From positions 6,324,001-6,388,000 of the forward strand of contig NC_086098.1 in NCBI RefSeq assembly GCF_963921235.1: a stretch of DNA of 64,000 bases, given 5' to 3'. The notes under the pieces were generated by a model. It had not been told where the DNA came from. It saw only the letters and a program-made list of their open reading frames with translations, and searched no databases. Shown here piece by piece: positions 1 through 11,759 of the stretch (position 1 is its first letter; each line of letters opens with the position of its first letter). The position numbers and the translations under genes are program-made. This DNA is from Mobula hypostoma (lineage: Eukaryota).

Positions 1-734
1 TCAAAGTGGATAGTAAAATCTTTTTCAAGGATGTAAAAATTAAAAGAGAGATGAGAGTGGACATAGGACTGCTAGAAAATGAGGCCGGAGAAATAATAAC
101 AGGGGCTAAGGAGCTAGCAGAAGAACTAAATGAGTACTTGACATCAGTCTTCACTGTGGAAGACGCTAGCAGTGTGCCAGAAGTTGAAGGGTATGAGAGG
201 AGAGGATTGACTGTAGTTACTATTAGAAAATGCTCAAAAGTTGAAAAACCTACGGTTACCCAGACCAGATGAACTGCACCCTAGGGTTCTGAAAGAGGAA
301 GTGGTAGAAATTGTGGAGGCATTAGTAATGATCTTCCAAAAATCATTGGACTTTAGCATGGTGCCAGAGGACTGTAAAATTGCAAATGTCACTCCACTCT
401 TTAAGAAAGGAGAAAGGCAGCAGAGAGGAAATGATAAACCAGTTAGCCTGACCTCAGTGATTGGGAAAATGTTGGAATCAGTTGTTAAAGGATGAAATTA
501 TGGAGTATTTGGTGACAGAGGACAAGATAGGTCAAAATCGGCAGTTTCCTGAAGTGAAAATCTTGGCTGATGAACCTGTTGGAATTCTTTGAGGAAATTA
601 CAAGAAATTACAAGATAAAGGGGATGCAGTTGTTGTGGTATATTTGGATTTTCAGAAGGCTTTCACAAGTTGCCACACATAAGGCTGCTTACCAAGTTAA
701 GTAAGAGCCCACAGTATTACAGGAAGGTTTCTAG

Positions 735-1444
735 TGTAACACGCTGTAAAGTTTCACTGCTAATGCAATGGCCTCTCTGTAATGTTTCACTGCTAAGGTA
801 ATGGCTTCCCTGTAACAGCAATGTTTGGGTTATGACTAGAGATAGCGGAGGCTGTGGAATGTGCGCTATCCAATGAGAGGGATGTTTTTCTTTCTTGTGG
901 GGCTAGGAGCAAGGATTTCATGATCTATTGTTGGGGAAAAATGAAGAGAGAAGACATAAATGAAGAAAGTTGGTAGACCACCAGACAGAGGGGACTTGGG
1001 GCAAGGGTCCGAGGGTCGGCAGGGAACAAATGAAGGGAACCTTGAGCTCCAACATTGTGCATTAGACTGTCTCATGAGCAGATGCTGGGGTCAAAGCAAC
1101 TCACAACAAGCTGGAGGAACTCCTGAAGGGTTCCGGCCCGAAACGTTAACTGATCGTTTCCACGGATGCTGCCCGACCTGCTGAGTTCCTCCAGCTTGGT
1201 GCGAGACTGTTTCAGGAGAATGGGCTCTTTTCTTTTTTTGTTTCTTTATTAACCATATAGTCAAATTAAGAATTATAAAGCTCAGTTGTTTAATTGCCTA
1301 TTGTGTGCTGTTTGTTATTTTGTGGTATTGATTTGTAACAGGGGAACACATCATGCAGCATACGCTGAAACAAGATTTGTCAAGTTTGTCCGGGTCAGGG
1401 CTGTCTTCCCCTAGATTAAGCTGCTAGCCAAACCGAGGGTTGCA
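735..1444. mobile_element. Solo LTR (Gypsy-like) inserted in a CR1
   Basis: Starts TGTAAC and ends GTTGCA; flanked by CTAG (731-734) and CTAA (1445-1448); CR1 RT sequence resumes on both sides. Confidence 0.7.
1079..1203. mobile_element. Penelope terminal-repeat fold-back remnant nested in the solo LTR
   Basis: ctggaggaactc...gagttcctccag inverted arms; truncated hammerhead motif; imperfect 15-bp TSD at 1064-1078 and 1204-1218. Confidence 0.7.
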
Positions 1445-2544
1445 CTAACGTGGTTGGAGCATTGGCTGATTGCGAGTGGGAATAAAAGGATCCTTATCTG
1501 GTTGGCTCTAGTGACTAGTGGTGTTCCGCAGGGGTCGGTGTTGGGACTGCTTCTTTTTATGCTGTATTTCAATGATTAAGATGGTGGAATAGATGGATTT
1601 GTTGCCAACTGTGCAGATGATACGAAGGTTGGTAGAGGAGCAGGTAGTGTTGAAGAAACAGGTAGGCTAAATAAGGACTTAGGCAGATTAGGAGAATGGG
1701 TAAGAAAGCGGCAAATGAGAGACAATGTTGGAAAATCCATGGTCATGAACTTTGGCAGTATAAATAAACGACCAGACTATTTTCTAAACGGGGAGAAAAT
1801 CCAAAAATCTGAGATGCAAAGGACCTTTGGAGTCCTTGTGCAGAACACCCTGAAGGTGAACTTGCAGGCTGAGTCAGTGGAGAGGAAGGCAAATGCAATG
1901 TTAGCATTCATTTCAAGAGGTCTAGAATACAAGAGCAGGGATGTGATGCTGAGGCTTTATAAGGCTCTGGTGAGGCCTCACCTTGAGTATTGTGAACAGT
2001 TTTGGGCCCCTCATCTTAGAAAAGATGTATTGACTTTGGAGAGGGTTCAGATGAGGTTCACAAAGATGATTCCAGGAATGAAAGGGTTATCATACGAGGA
2101 ACGTTTGATGGCTCTGAGTCTATACTCGCTGGAATTTAGAAGGATGAGATGGGATCTCATTGAAACCTTTTGAATGTTAAAAGGTCTAGACAAAGTAGAT
2201 GTGGAAAGGATGCTTCCCATGGTGGAGGAGGGAGTCTAGGACAAGAGGGCACAACCTCAGCATAGTGAGGTGTACACTTAAAACAGAAATGAGGAGGAAT
2301 TTCTTTAGCTAGAGGGTGGTGAATTTGTGGAATTTGTTACCATAGGCAGCTGTGGAAGCCAGGTTGTTTGGTGTATTTAAAGCAGAGATTGATAGATTCA
2401 TGAATGGCCACAGAATCATAGGTTACGGGGAGAAGGCTGGGGAGTGTGAGAAAAAGTTCAGCCATGATTGATGACAGAGCAGACTCAATGAGCCAAATGG
2501 CCTAATCCTGCTCTTATGTTTTATGAACTTATGGTATAAGTTAT

Positions 2545-2853
2545 CCCTTCTGGTTTAGGAGCCTGATGGTTGAGAGGTAATAACTGTTCCTGAACTTGGT
2601 GGTGTGAGTCTTGAGGCTCCTGTACCTCCTGCCTGATGGCAGCATCAAGAAGAGAGCACGGCCTGGATGTCGAGGGTCCTAGACGATGAATGCTGCTTTC
2701 CAGTGTCAGCACTCCTTGCAGATATGCTCAATGGTGGAGAGGGTTTTACTGGGAATGGCCTGGGCGTACCCACTACTCTTTGTAGATTGTTCCATTCCGT
2801 TGTTCGTGTCCCTACACCAGGCTGTGAAGCAAAGAGTCGTATACTGTCCACCA
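2545..2853 (-). mobile_element. Rex1/Babar-type LINE 3' fragment
   Basis: Reverse strand reads SLLMLPSGRRYRSLKTHTTKFRNSYYP-like C-terminal motif shared with other copies in the window. Confidence 0.7.
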
Positions 2854-2925
2854 CGCTTCAACCCAGATAAGTGTGAAGTGGTTCATTTTGGTAGGTCAAA
2901 TATGATGGCAAAATATAGCATTAAT

Positions 2926-3972
2926 AGAACATAGAAACATAGAACATAGAATAGTACAGCACAGCACAGGCCCTTCAGGCCACAATGTTGTGCTGACCCT
3001 CAAACCCTGCCTCCCATATAAGCCCCCTCCTTAAATTCCTCCATATACCTGTCTAGTAGTCTCTTAAATTTCACTAGTGTATCTGCCTCCACCACTGACT
3101 CAGGCAGTGCATTCCACGCACCAACCACTCTCTGAGTAAAAAACCTTCCTCTAATATCCCCCTTGAACTTCCCACCCCTTACCTTAAAGCCATGTCCTCT
3201 TGTATTGAGCAGTGGTGCCCTGGAGAAGAGGCACTGGCTATCCACTCTATCTATTCCTCTCATTATCTTGTACACCTCTATCATGTCTCCTCTCATCCTC
3301 CTTCTCTCCAAAGAGTAAAGCCCTAGCTCCCTTAATCTCTGATCATAATGCATACTCTCTAAACCAGGCAGCATCCTGGTAAATCTCCTCTGTACCTTTT
3401 CCAATGCTTCCACATCCTTCTTGTAGTGAGGCAACCAGAAATGGATACAGTACTCCAAGTGTGGGCTAACCAGAGTTTTATAGAGCTGCATCATTACTTC
3501 GTGACTCTTAAACTCTATCCCTCGACTTATGAAAGCTAACACCCCATAAGTTTTCTTAACTACCCTATCCACCTGTGAGGCAACTTTCAGGGATCTGTGG
3601 ACATGTACGCCCAGATCCCTCTGCTCCTCCACACTACCAAGTATCCTGCCATTTATTTTGTACTCTGCCTTGGAGATTGTCCTTCCAAAGTGTACTACTT
3701 CACACTTCTCCGGGTTGAACTCCATCTGCCACTTCTCAGCCCACTTCTGCATCCTATCAATGTCTCTCTGCAATCTTTGAAAATCCTCTACACTATCTAC
3801 AACACCACCAACCTTTGTGTCGTCTGCAAACTTGCCAACCCACCCTTCTAACCCCACATCCAGGTCGTTAATAAAAATCACAAAATGTAAAGGTCCCAGA
3901 ACAGATCCTTGTGGGACACCAATCCTCCAATCTGAATGTACTCCCTCCACCACGATCCTCTGCCTTCTGCAA
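2926..3972 (-). mobile_element. HER1-like CR1 LINE 3' part (RT), inserted in an opposite-strand CR1 fragment (2856-2925 and 3973-4263)
   Basis: 327-aa ORF 3000-3983 with GVPQGSVLGP and KFADDTK; (tagaaca)n tail at 2926-2950; nearly identical to 46295-47270. Confidence 0.93.
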
Positions 3973-4849
3973 TTGGCTGCCACAAGAGAGGACAGGTTTA
4001 AGGTACTAGGGAGTAGGTACAGAGGAGATGTCAGGGGTAAGTTTATTTACTCAGAGAGTGGTGAGTGCGTGGAATGGGCTGCCGGCAACGGTGGTGGAGG
4101 CGGATAAGATAGGGTCTTTTAAGAGACTTTTGGTTAGGTACATGGAGCTTAGAAAAATAGAGGGCTATAGGAAAGCCTAGTAATTTCTAAGGTAGAGACA
4201 TGTTCAGCACAACTTCGTGGGCTGAAGGTCCTGTATTGCGCTGTAGGTTTTCTATGTTTCTATAAGCTTGTCAATGTTTCAGATGACATGTTGAATCTGT
4301 GCTAAAGAAAGTGAGTTGCTCCCTGTGGCAAACACATTCTATGGCTGGATAAAGCCAAAGGCTGAACTGTCAACCATTTGTCACCATTTGTTCCTGCGGT
4401 GAAATTTTCTCCTTTTTGATGTTTTGAAAGTTCAGGATAGCACAAGCCGCGGAGGTGTGGGAAGAGAGTTGAATATAATACAGAGCTGCTTCAATTTTTA
4501 TTCCTCACTGACGGGTTCAAGCTGCTGAATTCCATGCTGCTTTATATAAACAATCCGAATAATCTAATTACCAGAGCAGCGTTCAACAGTCCCTGTGTTA
4601 TGACTGCATTGTCTGTTCTATTCTGCATGTTTGACAACTTGTACAACTTTTCCAAATAATACTTTATCTATTCAGCTTATTGATTCTGTCTCAAAAAAAA
4701 AACAAAAATCTTTCAGTGGCCTGCAGACCACACTACAAGGGATTGGGTTCTGCTGAAAATATAATTCAAAGTAGCAAGTGGCCTCTCATCACTCAGCCTT
4801 TCCAACACAATCACATTTGTCCTGTCCCTCAACTCCCTTTTGGTTTCAG

Positions 4850-4942
4850 CCAGTGACAGGTCTGCCGCCTTATCAGTCCCTGTCAGGCGTTACGTACCCA
4901 ACACAACACATGGATTACACTAACAACGAATCAGCCGTGTAG
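4850..4942 (+). CDS. Candidate terminal coding exon of an unidentified host gene (PVTGLPPYQSLSGVTYPTQHMDYTNNESAV*)
   Basis: Non-repetitive; pyrimidine-rich acceptor ctcccttttggtttcag at 4833-4849; open frame to TAG; peptide has a PY-like LPPY and a class I PDZ-type C-terminus ESAV. Confidence 0.35.
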   Translation, partial: PVTGLPPYQSLSGVTYPTQHMDYTNNESAV

Positions 4943-5109
4943 CCACCGGCGACTGAGCATTAGGGAGCCATGTTTACAACAGATGTGTACAGGGTACGTG
5001 TGAAGAATGTGCACTGTAAGGAGAAATATTGACAGTTTTGTCATCAGAAATTAGTTGAATTGTCTTCTAGCCTGAGATTTCAACTATATAATTTATCCTT
5101 TTTCATTTT

Positions 5110-5830
5110 TTTATATTTTAAGAGCTACAGCACAGTGACAGGTTCTACTAACCCAATGAGCTCCACTGGCCAGTTACACCCAAAGGACCATAAGAGAGAG
5201 GAGCGGAATTAGTCTGCCCAGTCATTTCATCATCATTTTCCCTCTCAGCCCCAATCACCTGCCTTCTCCCAACCGCACCCCCCCATGTCCCTTCATACCC
5301 TATCAGCCTCTGCCTTAATATACACAAAGATGGCCTCCACAGCTGCCTGTGGCAAAGAATTCCACAGATTCACCAAACTCTTCAACTGTGTTCTCAAAGG
5401 TCACCCCTCTATTCTGAAGCTGTATCCTCTGGTCTTAGACTCTCCCACTTTCGGAAACGTCCTCGCTACATCCACTTTGTCGATTCCTTTCACCACTCAC
5501 TAGGTTTCAATGAGGTCACACCTCATTTTTCTGAGTTCTAGTGAATACTGACCCAGACCCATCAAATGCTCTTCATGTGGCAAGCTTTTCAATCATTTTC
5601 GTGAACCTCCTTCGAAATCTCTCCAATGTCAACACATCCTTTCTTTGACTGGGGGCTCATGTGACCAATTAATCTCCTAATTGGTACATTGTTAGACTCT
5701 GGAAGGAAACCAGAGCATCTGAAGGAAACTCACATGGTCATAGGAAGAAAGTACAAGCTCCTTATAGACAGCTGTGAGAATTCAACCCAGATCGTTGCAG
5801 CTGTGATAGAATTACACTAACCACTACATT
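5110..5830 (-). mobile_element. HE1/V-type SINE remnant with nested CR1 3' fragment (~5185-5655)
   Basis: V-SINE core (ggaaaccagagca...ggaaactcacatggtca) split by a CR1 C-terminal/3' UTR segment. Confidence 0.65.
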
Positions 5831-6227
5831 ACCAGTCACACGTTGATAAATTTTCATTCCTGATGAGACTTCTCAGCCCAACACATCTATTGTTTATTCC
5901 TCTCCATGTATGCTGCCTGACCTGCTGAGTTTTGTGTGTGTTGCTCTGGATTTCCAGCAGCTGCAGAATCTCTTGTGTTTTTGGTTCATTACTGTTTAAT
6001 GGCTGCTTGTTGTCTCCAGTTAACCCTCAAATTGTCATTATTACCCAGACAGAACCTTCTACAAACTGGGCAAAACACATTTAATCTCGATTGTGACTGA
6101 TCAACATTCTGTTGCTGACCACTGAACAAATTCAACTTGAGGGTCTGACCAACTTTCACCTGTCCATCAGGCATACTCCATCTGCCCCTTTTCAAAGACT
6201 AAAGATTAACCTTACTGAAGATTAAAT

Positions 6228-6975
6228 TAGAATCAGAATCAGGTTTAACATCATCTGCATTTGTTGTGAAACTTGTTAACTTTGCAGTAGCAGTACAATG
6301 CAATACATCATGAATAAATATAGAGAAAAAAACTGAATTACAGTAAGTATATCTATGAAATAGTTATATTAAATAAGTAGTGCAAAAACTAGAAAAATTA
6401 AAAAGTAATGAGGTAGTGTTCGTTAGTTCAATGTCCATTTAGGAATCAGATAGCAGAGGGGAAGAAGCTGTTCCTGAATCGCAGAGTGTGTGCCTTCAGG
6501 CTTCTGTACCTCCTACCTGATGGTAACAGTGAGAAAAGGGCATGTCCAGAGTGATGGGGTCCTTAGATATGGATGCCACCTTTCTGAGGCACTGCTCCTT
6601 GAAGATGTCCTGGATACTACGGATATTAGTACCCATGATGGAGCTGACTAATTTTACAAGTTTCTGCAATTTTGTACAGTAGCTCCCTCCCTCCCCTACC
6701 TCGCCAAACCAGACAGTGATGCAGCCAGTAAGAATGCTCTCCACGTTACATTTGTAGAAGGTTTTGAGTGTTTTAGCTGACAAACTAAATCTCCTCAAAT
6801 TCCTAATGTATATAAAGAAGGTCAGTGTCTTGCCTTCTTTATAGCTGCATCAATACTTTGAGTCCAGGTTAGGTTATCAGAGATACTGACTGTCAGGAAC
6901 CTGAAATTGCTCACTCTCTCCACTCCCAATCCCTCTATAAGAATTGGTCTGTGTTCCCTCGTCTTACTCTTTCTG
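6228..6975 (-). mobile_element. Rex1/Babar LINE 3' fragment
   Basis: ORFs ERVSNFRFL..ISDNLTW, FYKCNVESILTGCITVWFG; (gaatca)n tail at 6228-6242. Confidence 0.85.
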
Positions 6976-7554
6976 AAGAGATCAGGTGAGAGAGAAGGTG
7001 TGTGGGATAGGACATCTGAAAAAACACCTCGCCCCAAAACGTCACCTGTTTATACATTTCCTTAGATGCTGCCTGACCTGCTGAGTTCCTCCAGCACTTT
7101 GTGTGTGCTGCATCTGCAGAATCTCTTTATTTTAATTTATTTTATTTGGAGATACAGCGTGGAAAAGGTCCTTCTAGCCCAACGAGGCGCCACCCAGCAA
7201 CCCGCCAATTTAACCCTAGCCTATTCACAGGATAATTTACAATGGCCAATTGACAAACTAACCCGAACGCCTTTGGAATGTGGGAGGAACCTCTAGCTCA
7301 AGCTTGTGTCTAGCCTCTTTTACTGAGGTAATATAGATTTGTTGAGTATGCCCACAAGAAAATGATTCTCATGGTGATATTTTCTGATCGGTCAGGGCAT
7401 CAAAGGATACAGTGAGAAGGCAGGTGTATGGAGTTGGATGGGATCCAGGATCAGTCATGTTGGAATGACGGAGCAGACTCAATGGGCTGAATAGCCCAGT
7501 TCTGCTCCTATGTCTTATGGACATATATGCACTTTGTTAATAAATTGAATGTTT

Positions 7555-8233
7555 AGATTTTTTAGATTATGGGGACACTCAGTCCTCGTTTATTGTCATT
7601 TAGAAATGCATGCATTAAAAATGATACAATGTTCCTCCAGTATGATATCACAGAAACACAAGACAGACCAAGACTAAAACTGACAAAGACCACATAATTA
7701 TAACATATAGTTACAACGGTGCAAAGCAATACCGTAATTTGATAAGAGCAGCCCATGGGCACAGTAAAAAAAAGTCTCAAAGTCCCGATAGCCCCAGCAT
7801 CTCACGCAGATGGTAGAAGGGAGAAACTCTCCCTGCCATGAGCTTCCAGTGCCACAAACTTGCCGATGCAGCGTCCTGGAAGCACCCGACCACAGTCCGA
7901 CTCTGAGTCTGTCCGAAAACTTCGAGCCTCCGACCAGCCCTCCAACACCGAGCACCGAGCACCATCTCTGCCGAGCGCTTTGACCCCGGCCCCTGGCCCC
8001 CAAGCAACAGGCAAAGCCGAGGATTCGGAGCCTTCCCCTCCAGAGATTTCGGATCACATGGTAGCGGCGGCAGCGAAACAGGCATTTCAGAAGTTTCACC
8101 AGATGTTCCTCCGTGCTCTCACGTCTGCCTCCATCAAATCAGGATTGTGCACAGCACCTACTTGACAGATAACAGATATTCATCACTGGAGAGGCCGCTT
8201 GCGCTGCGTCACGCCGCCATCTTCTCCTCCTCC
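7555..8233 (-). mobile_element. Non-autonomous LINE-derived element (GAAGATGGCGG 5' end, LINE-like 3' tail)
   Basis: CpG-rich, starts ggaggaggagaagatggcggcg on the minus strand, ends aatgacaataaacg...taatctaa; flanked by aatgtt direct repeats; no recognisable ORF. Confidence 0.55.
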
Positions 8234-8548
8234 TTAATGTTGAACTTTGATCTAAAACCTGGATGCCAGTCCTGGAGCTGGAGAACTCTCCGTGTGTGTG
8301 GGGTGGATGGGAGGGAGGAAAGGGATTTGTGTTGCTATTGCTTATTGCATGTTGTTTTCAGTGTTGTTCTGCCAAACATTTTGGGTATGCTACGTTGGCG
8401 CCAGAATGTGTATCAAAACTTGCGAGGAGCCCCCAGCATATCCCTAGTTTGTGCTGATTGTCAACACAAGCAACGCATTTCACTGTATGTTTCAATGTAC
8501 ATGTGATAAATAAATCTGAATTTTCAGGGTGATGTGAACTCGCTGTGC

Positions 8549-8935
8549 GGCAGAGTGGAGATACATCTCTACCAAAGGAAGTGTAAGGTGCTCTTTCCTT
8601 CTGCTAGCCTGCAGGTCACCCTTGGGCAAGGTGTAGCACCTACTTAGCCCCAAAATCAGGGTCACGTGAAGCCATGGGAGCAGGTGGTGGGTGGTCATAT
8701 GAGCAGCCAATGCAGATCACAAGTCCTGGTTATGCGACCACGGACACCCGGCAGACAATCTCTGAAAAGTATTGATAATGGCTGGGGTCACCTGTCTTGT
8801 AGAGACACTGCCCAGAAGAAGGCAATGGCAGATCACTTCTGTAGAAAGACTTGCCAAGAATAGTCATGGTCATGGATAGCCTTTGATCACACACGTTTTA
8901 TGACATGGCGCATAACAATGATGATGATGACGATG
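8549..8935 (+). mobile_element. Non-autonomous RTE-related element, family A (copy 1)
   Basis: gaagaaggcaatggca..cacttctgta resembles the BovB/RTE 3' motif; (atg)n tail; homologous to 16686-17271 and 32685-33104. Confidence 0.7.
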
Positions 8936-9287
8936 AACGTCACCACCCCTGAGGTCCCTGCAGTTTGCATTACATATCCAGCCCTGGGTAATGAGTTCAG
9001 CATCAGGCTGCGATCAATCTATTCCAGCGAACCAAATACCTGGAACTGACCCTTCACATTTGCAGTGTGGATTGACGTCTCGCAGGGGCACACTTACACC
9101 AGATGCTAATTGATCAAAGACAGATCAGTACTGCAGAGGCCAACGTTACAATGCTCAATAAAGCAACCCACACAAGATGTTAGAGGAACTCAGCAGGACA
9201 GGCAGCATCTATGGGAGGAATGAACAGTTGATGCCAAGGGCTAAGACCCCTCATGCAAGGAGAGGGAGCAGAAGCCAGAATGAGAAG

Positions 9288-9948
9288 AGTTGCCTCACAG
9301 GTGGATAGGATAGTTAAGAAAGCTTATGGGGTGTTAGGTTTCATAAATCGAGGGATAGAGTTTAAGAGTCGCGATGTAATGATGGAGCTCTATAAAACTC
9401 TGGTTAGGCCACACTTGGAGTACTGTATCCAGTTCTGGTTGCCTCACTATGGGAAGGATGTGGAAGCATTGGAAAGGGTACAGAGGAGATATACCAGGAT
9501 GCTGCCTGGTTTAGAGAGTATGCATTATGATCAGAGATTAAGGGAGCTAGGGCTTTACTCTTTGGAGAGAAGGAGGATGAGAGGAGACATGATAGAGGTG
9601 TACAAGATAATGAGAGGAATAGATAGAGTGGCTAGCCAGCGCCTCTTCCCCAGGGCACCACTGCTTAATACAACAGGACATGGCTTTAAGATAAGGGGTG
9701 GAAATTTCAAGGGGGATATTAGAGGAAGGTTTTTTACTCAGAGAGTTGTTGGTGTGTGGAATGCACTGCCTGAGTCAGTGGTGGAGGCAAATACACTCAT
9801 GAAGTTTAAGAGACTACTAGACAGGTATATGGAGGAATTTTAGGTGGGGGCTTATATGGGAGGCAGGGTTTGAGGGTGGGCACAACATTGCGGGCCGAAG
9901 GGCCTGTACTGTGCCGTACTATTCTATGTTCTATGTTCTATGTTCTAT
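9288..9948 (+). mobile_element. HER1-like CR1 LINE 3' fragment
   Basis: [16 protein letters not shown]...FFTQRVVGVWNALP; (ttctatg)n tail at 9922-9948. Confidence 0.92.
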
Positions 9949-11234
9949 GAGGGAAGGGGAAAGAGCATGTAGGAGCTTCTCCTTACCAATGAAAGGAAAC
10001 TTAGTGGAAACTTAGCTGTTTACTCTCTTCGGTTTCCTGATTTTCTTCACCTGGTGGGCAGGCAATCCCTATAAATTTGCCTTTCACACCAAAATTAAAG
10101 TGACGAGCAACCACATCAGGCACAATTAGCTTTTATAAGTTAGATTGCCCCCAACTCGGAGAGTAGCTTTAAATCATGGTTCAAGAAATTCAGTGGGAAT
10201 TGGAAAGAGCGCACTCCAGGAACTTGTCCAAATGGTAAATAACCCAAGCATTTTAACTACCTGCCAGATGGTGCATAGAGTTAAAATCCACCCATGTCCC
10301 ACAGCAGGAGGGGAGTGCTATCGTGCCAAGTTCCCAAAGGCTGTGTTGAGATTGTGCTTTCCGAGTGTGTTTCAGATGTTGTTTCACAGAGAATGAGAGG
10401 AAATGACTAAAGAAATCTTTAGGATTTACATAAATGACGAGATCTTCTGAGGTCTGTACTAAATGGACAAGGTGAGGGTTAGTAAATTTCCTTGACATTA
10501 AGTGGTGTACAGTATTTATTACACCATTGACTAACCAATTTAAAGAACAGTTTCAGCTAAAACAAAATCCCCTGCGGAAAATACAACCTTACAGATTCTG
10601 TCAAGTAACTCTCCAAAAATCACAAGCTGTTGCCACATGCTGAGCTGTCATCAGCAGAGTTGGCAGGAGAGTGTTAAAAATGACTTCACAAAGCTGCACA
10701 CAAGTAAATACCTCACAGGTAGCTTTTCCCGGCTGCTAGATCAACAAAGGGTCCATATGCTTAGCACAGCAAATGGCATAACTAGGGCCTACTGGGAGCA
10801 CACACCTTTTTCTGAAATAACACAATTCCATTCCATTTTGGGAAGATTTCCTGCTTTTACCCATAGATGTGGTCACTGTTGCTACATATCATTTTAAAAT
10901 ACACAATTATTCAACTTTTTTGTTTCAGCAAATGAACTACACTGTGGTTTTTCAAAAATTTTACAGCAAATTTATGTCTTTTGGGTTTCTACGTATATTT
11001 GTGTGTGTATGTGTAACCTTTTTTACTTCATTATTTAAGGCAGGAAAACAATTTTACGTAAGACTGTTTTGACAAGCTTCTATCCAGAATGTTATTGGTT
11101 ATGATATGTGAAAGTGACATGGCAAATTTTCAGGTTGAATTATTTTATTTTAATTTTATGAAAGTGCTTATCTTAACAAAAAGGAATTCGAAGCTTGCAT
11201 ATGATTTGTTTTGTAACTGTGTGTATGTATATCT

Positions 11235-11409
11235 GGGGTATAGGGGGCTCTGGATAGAGGTAGTATCTTTGATGTCTGGCATGCTGCTCCCTTCTAGACA
11301 GGGTGAACGGGCATCATTGGTCCTCATCCATCTCCTAAATCTCTGACGTGTTGGCTCCAAGCGCCATACCCCGGTAAACCACGTCAGCTGGCGGGCTAAA
11401 CCACGTGAG
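11235..11409 (+). ncRNA. HDV-like self-cleaving ribozyme (predicted)
   Basis: P1 GGGGTAT 11235-41 / ATACCCC 11366-72; P3 GGC/GCC with L3 TCCAAGC; P1.1 CC/GG 11373-74; P4 11379-95; J4/2 CTAA 11396-99; P2 11343-52 / 11400-09 with 2 mismatches; J1/2 is a long hairpin. Confidence 0.7.
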
Positions 11410-11700
11410 GGGGTAGTGATAACACGGCACCACTGGGTGAAAGACTTCCATGATGAAGTCACCGGCTGGGACGGAAAGGTTCTCAGATGAGCTATAATGG
11501 CCACGTGTTCACGACCAAGGCGAGCCACCCGGTTGTAGGAAATCGGCTGTGGTCAAACCTGGAGAGGGATGGGCTCCGCCAGGTTTCAGATGCCCAAGAC
11601 ACGCCGCATGATGAGCACACCAAACATGGTGCAAAGCTTGTCATGACGGCGCCCCGACGACTCCACCAGGAGTTAAGGGCGCAAGAAGAAGAAGAAAGAA
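11235..11700 (+). mobile_element. Non-autonomous RTE/RTEX-type element with 5' HDV-like ribozyme and (GAA)n tail
   Basis: No recognisable ORF; 3' end gccccgacgactcc...gggcgc(aag)n; flanked by tgtatgtatat at 11222-11232 and 11705-11715. Confidence 0.7.
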
Positions 11701-11759
11701 CGTATGTATGTATATGTGTGTATATATATACATTAGACACGATGGTTAAGCACTATATA

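Larger units (their letters stand above)
1..2535 (+). mobile_element. Degraded CR1 LINE ORF2 (RT) and 3' UTR, interrupted by a solo LTR at 735-1444
   Basis: ORF fragments [48 protein letters not shown]1-type 3' tail near 2460-2535; many stops and frameshifts. Confidence 0.9.

Noticed and set aside
7698..8165. Cluster of overlapping GC-rich ORFs suggesting a CpG-island gene
   Set aside because: Lies within a repeat-like element with a LINE-type tail; no protein motifs.
8590..8650. HDV-like reading of family A (CACCCTT-GGGCAA-hairpin-C)
   Set aside because: No convincing P3/L3 or P2; kept only as an unexplained structured leader.
11450..11482. TGATGA...GAAA hammerhead-like string
   Set aside because: C3 is missing and no stem I can form; the TGATGA overlaps a GACTTC/GAAGTC hairpin.
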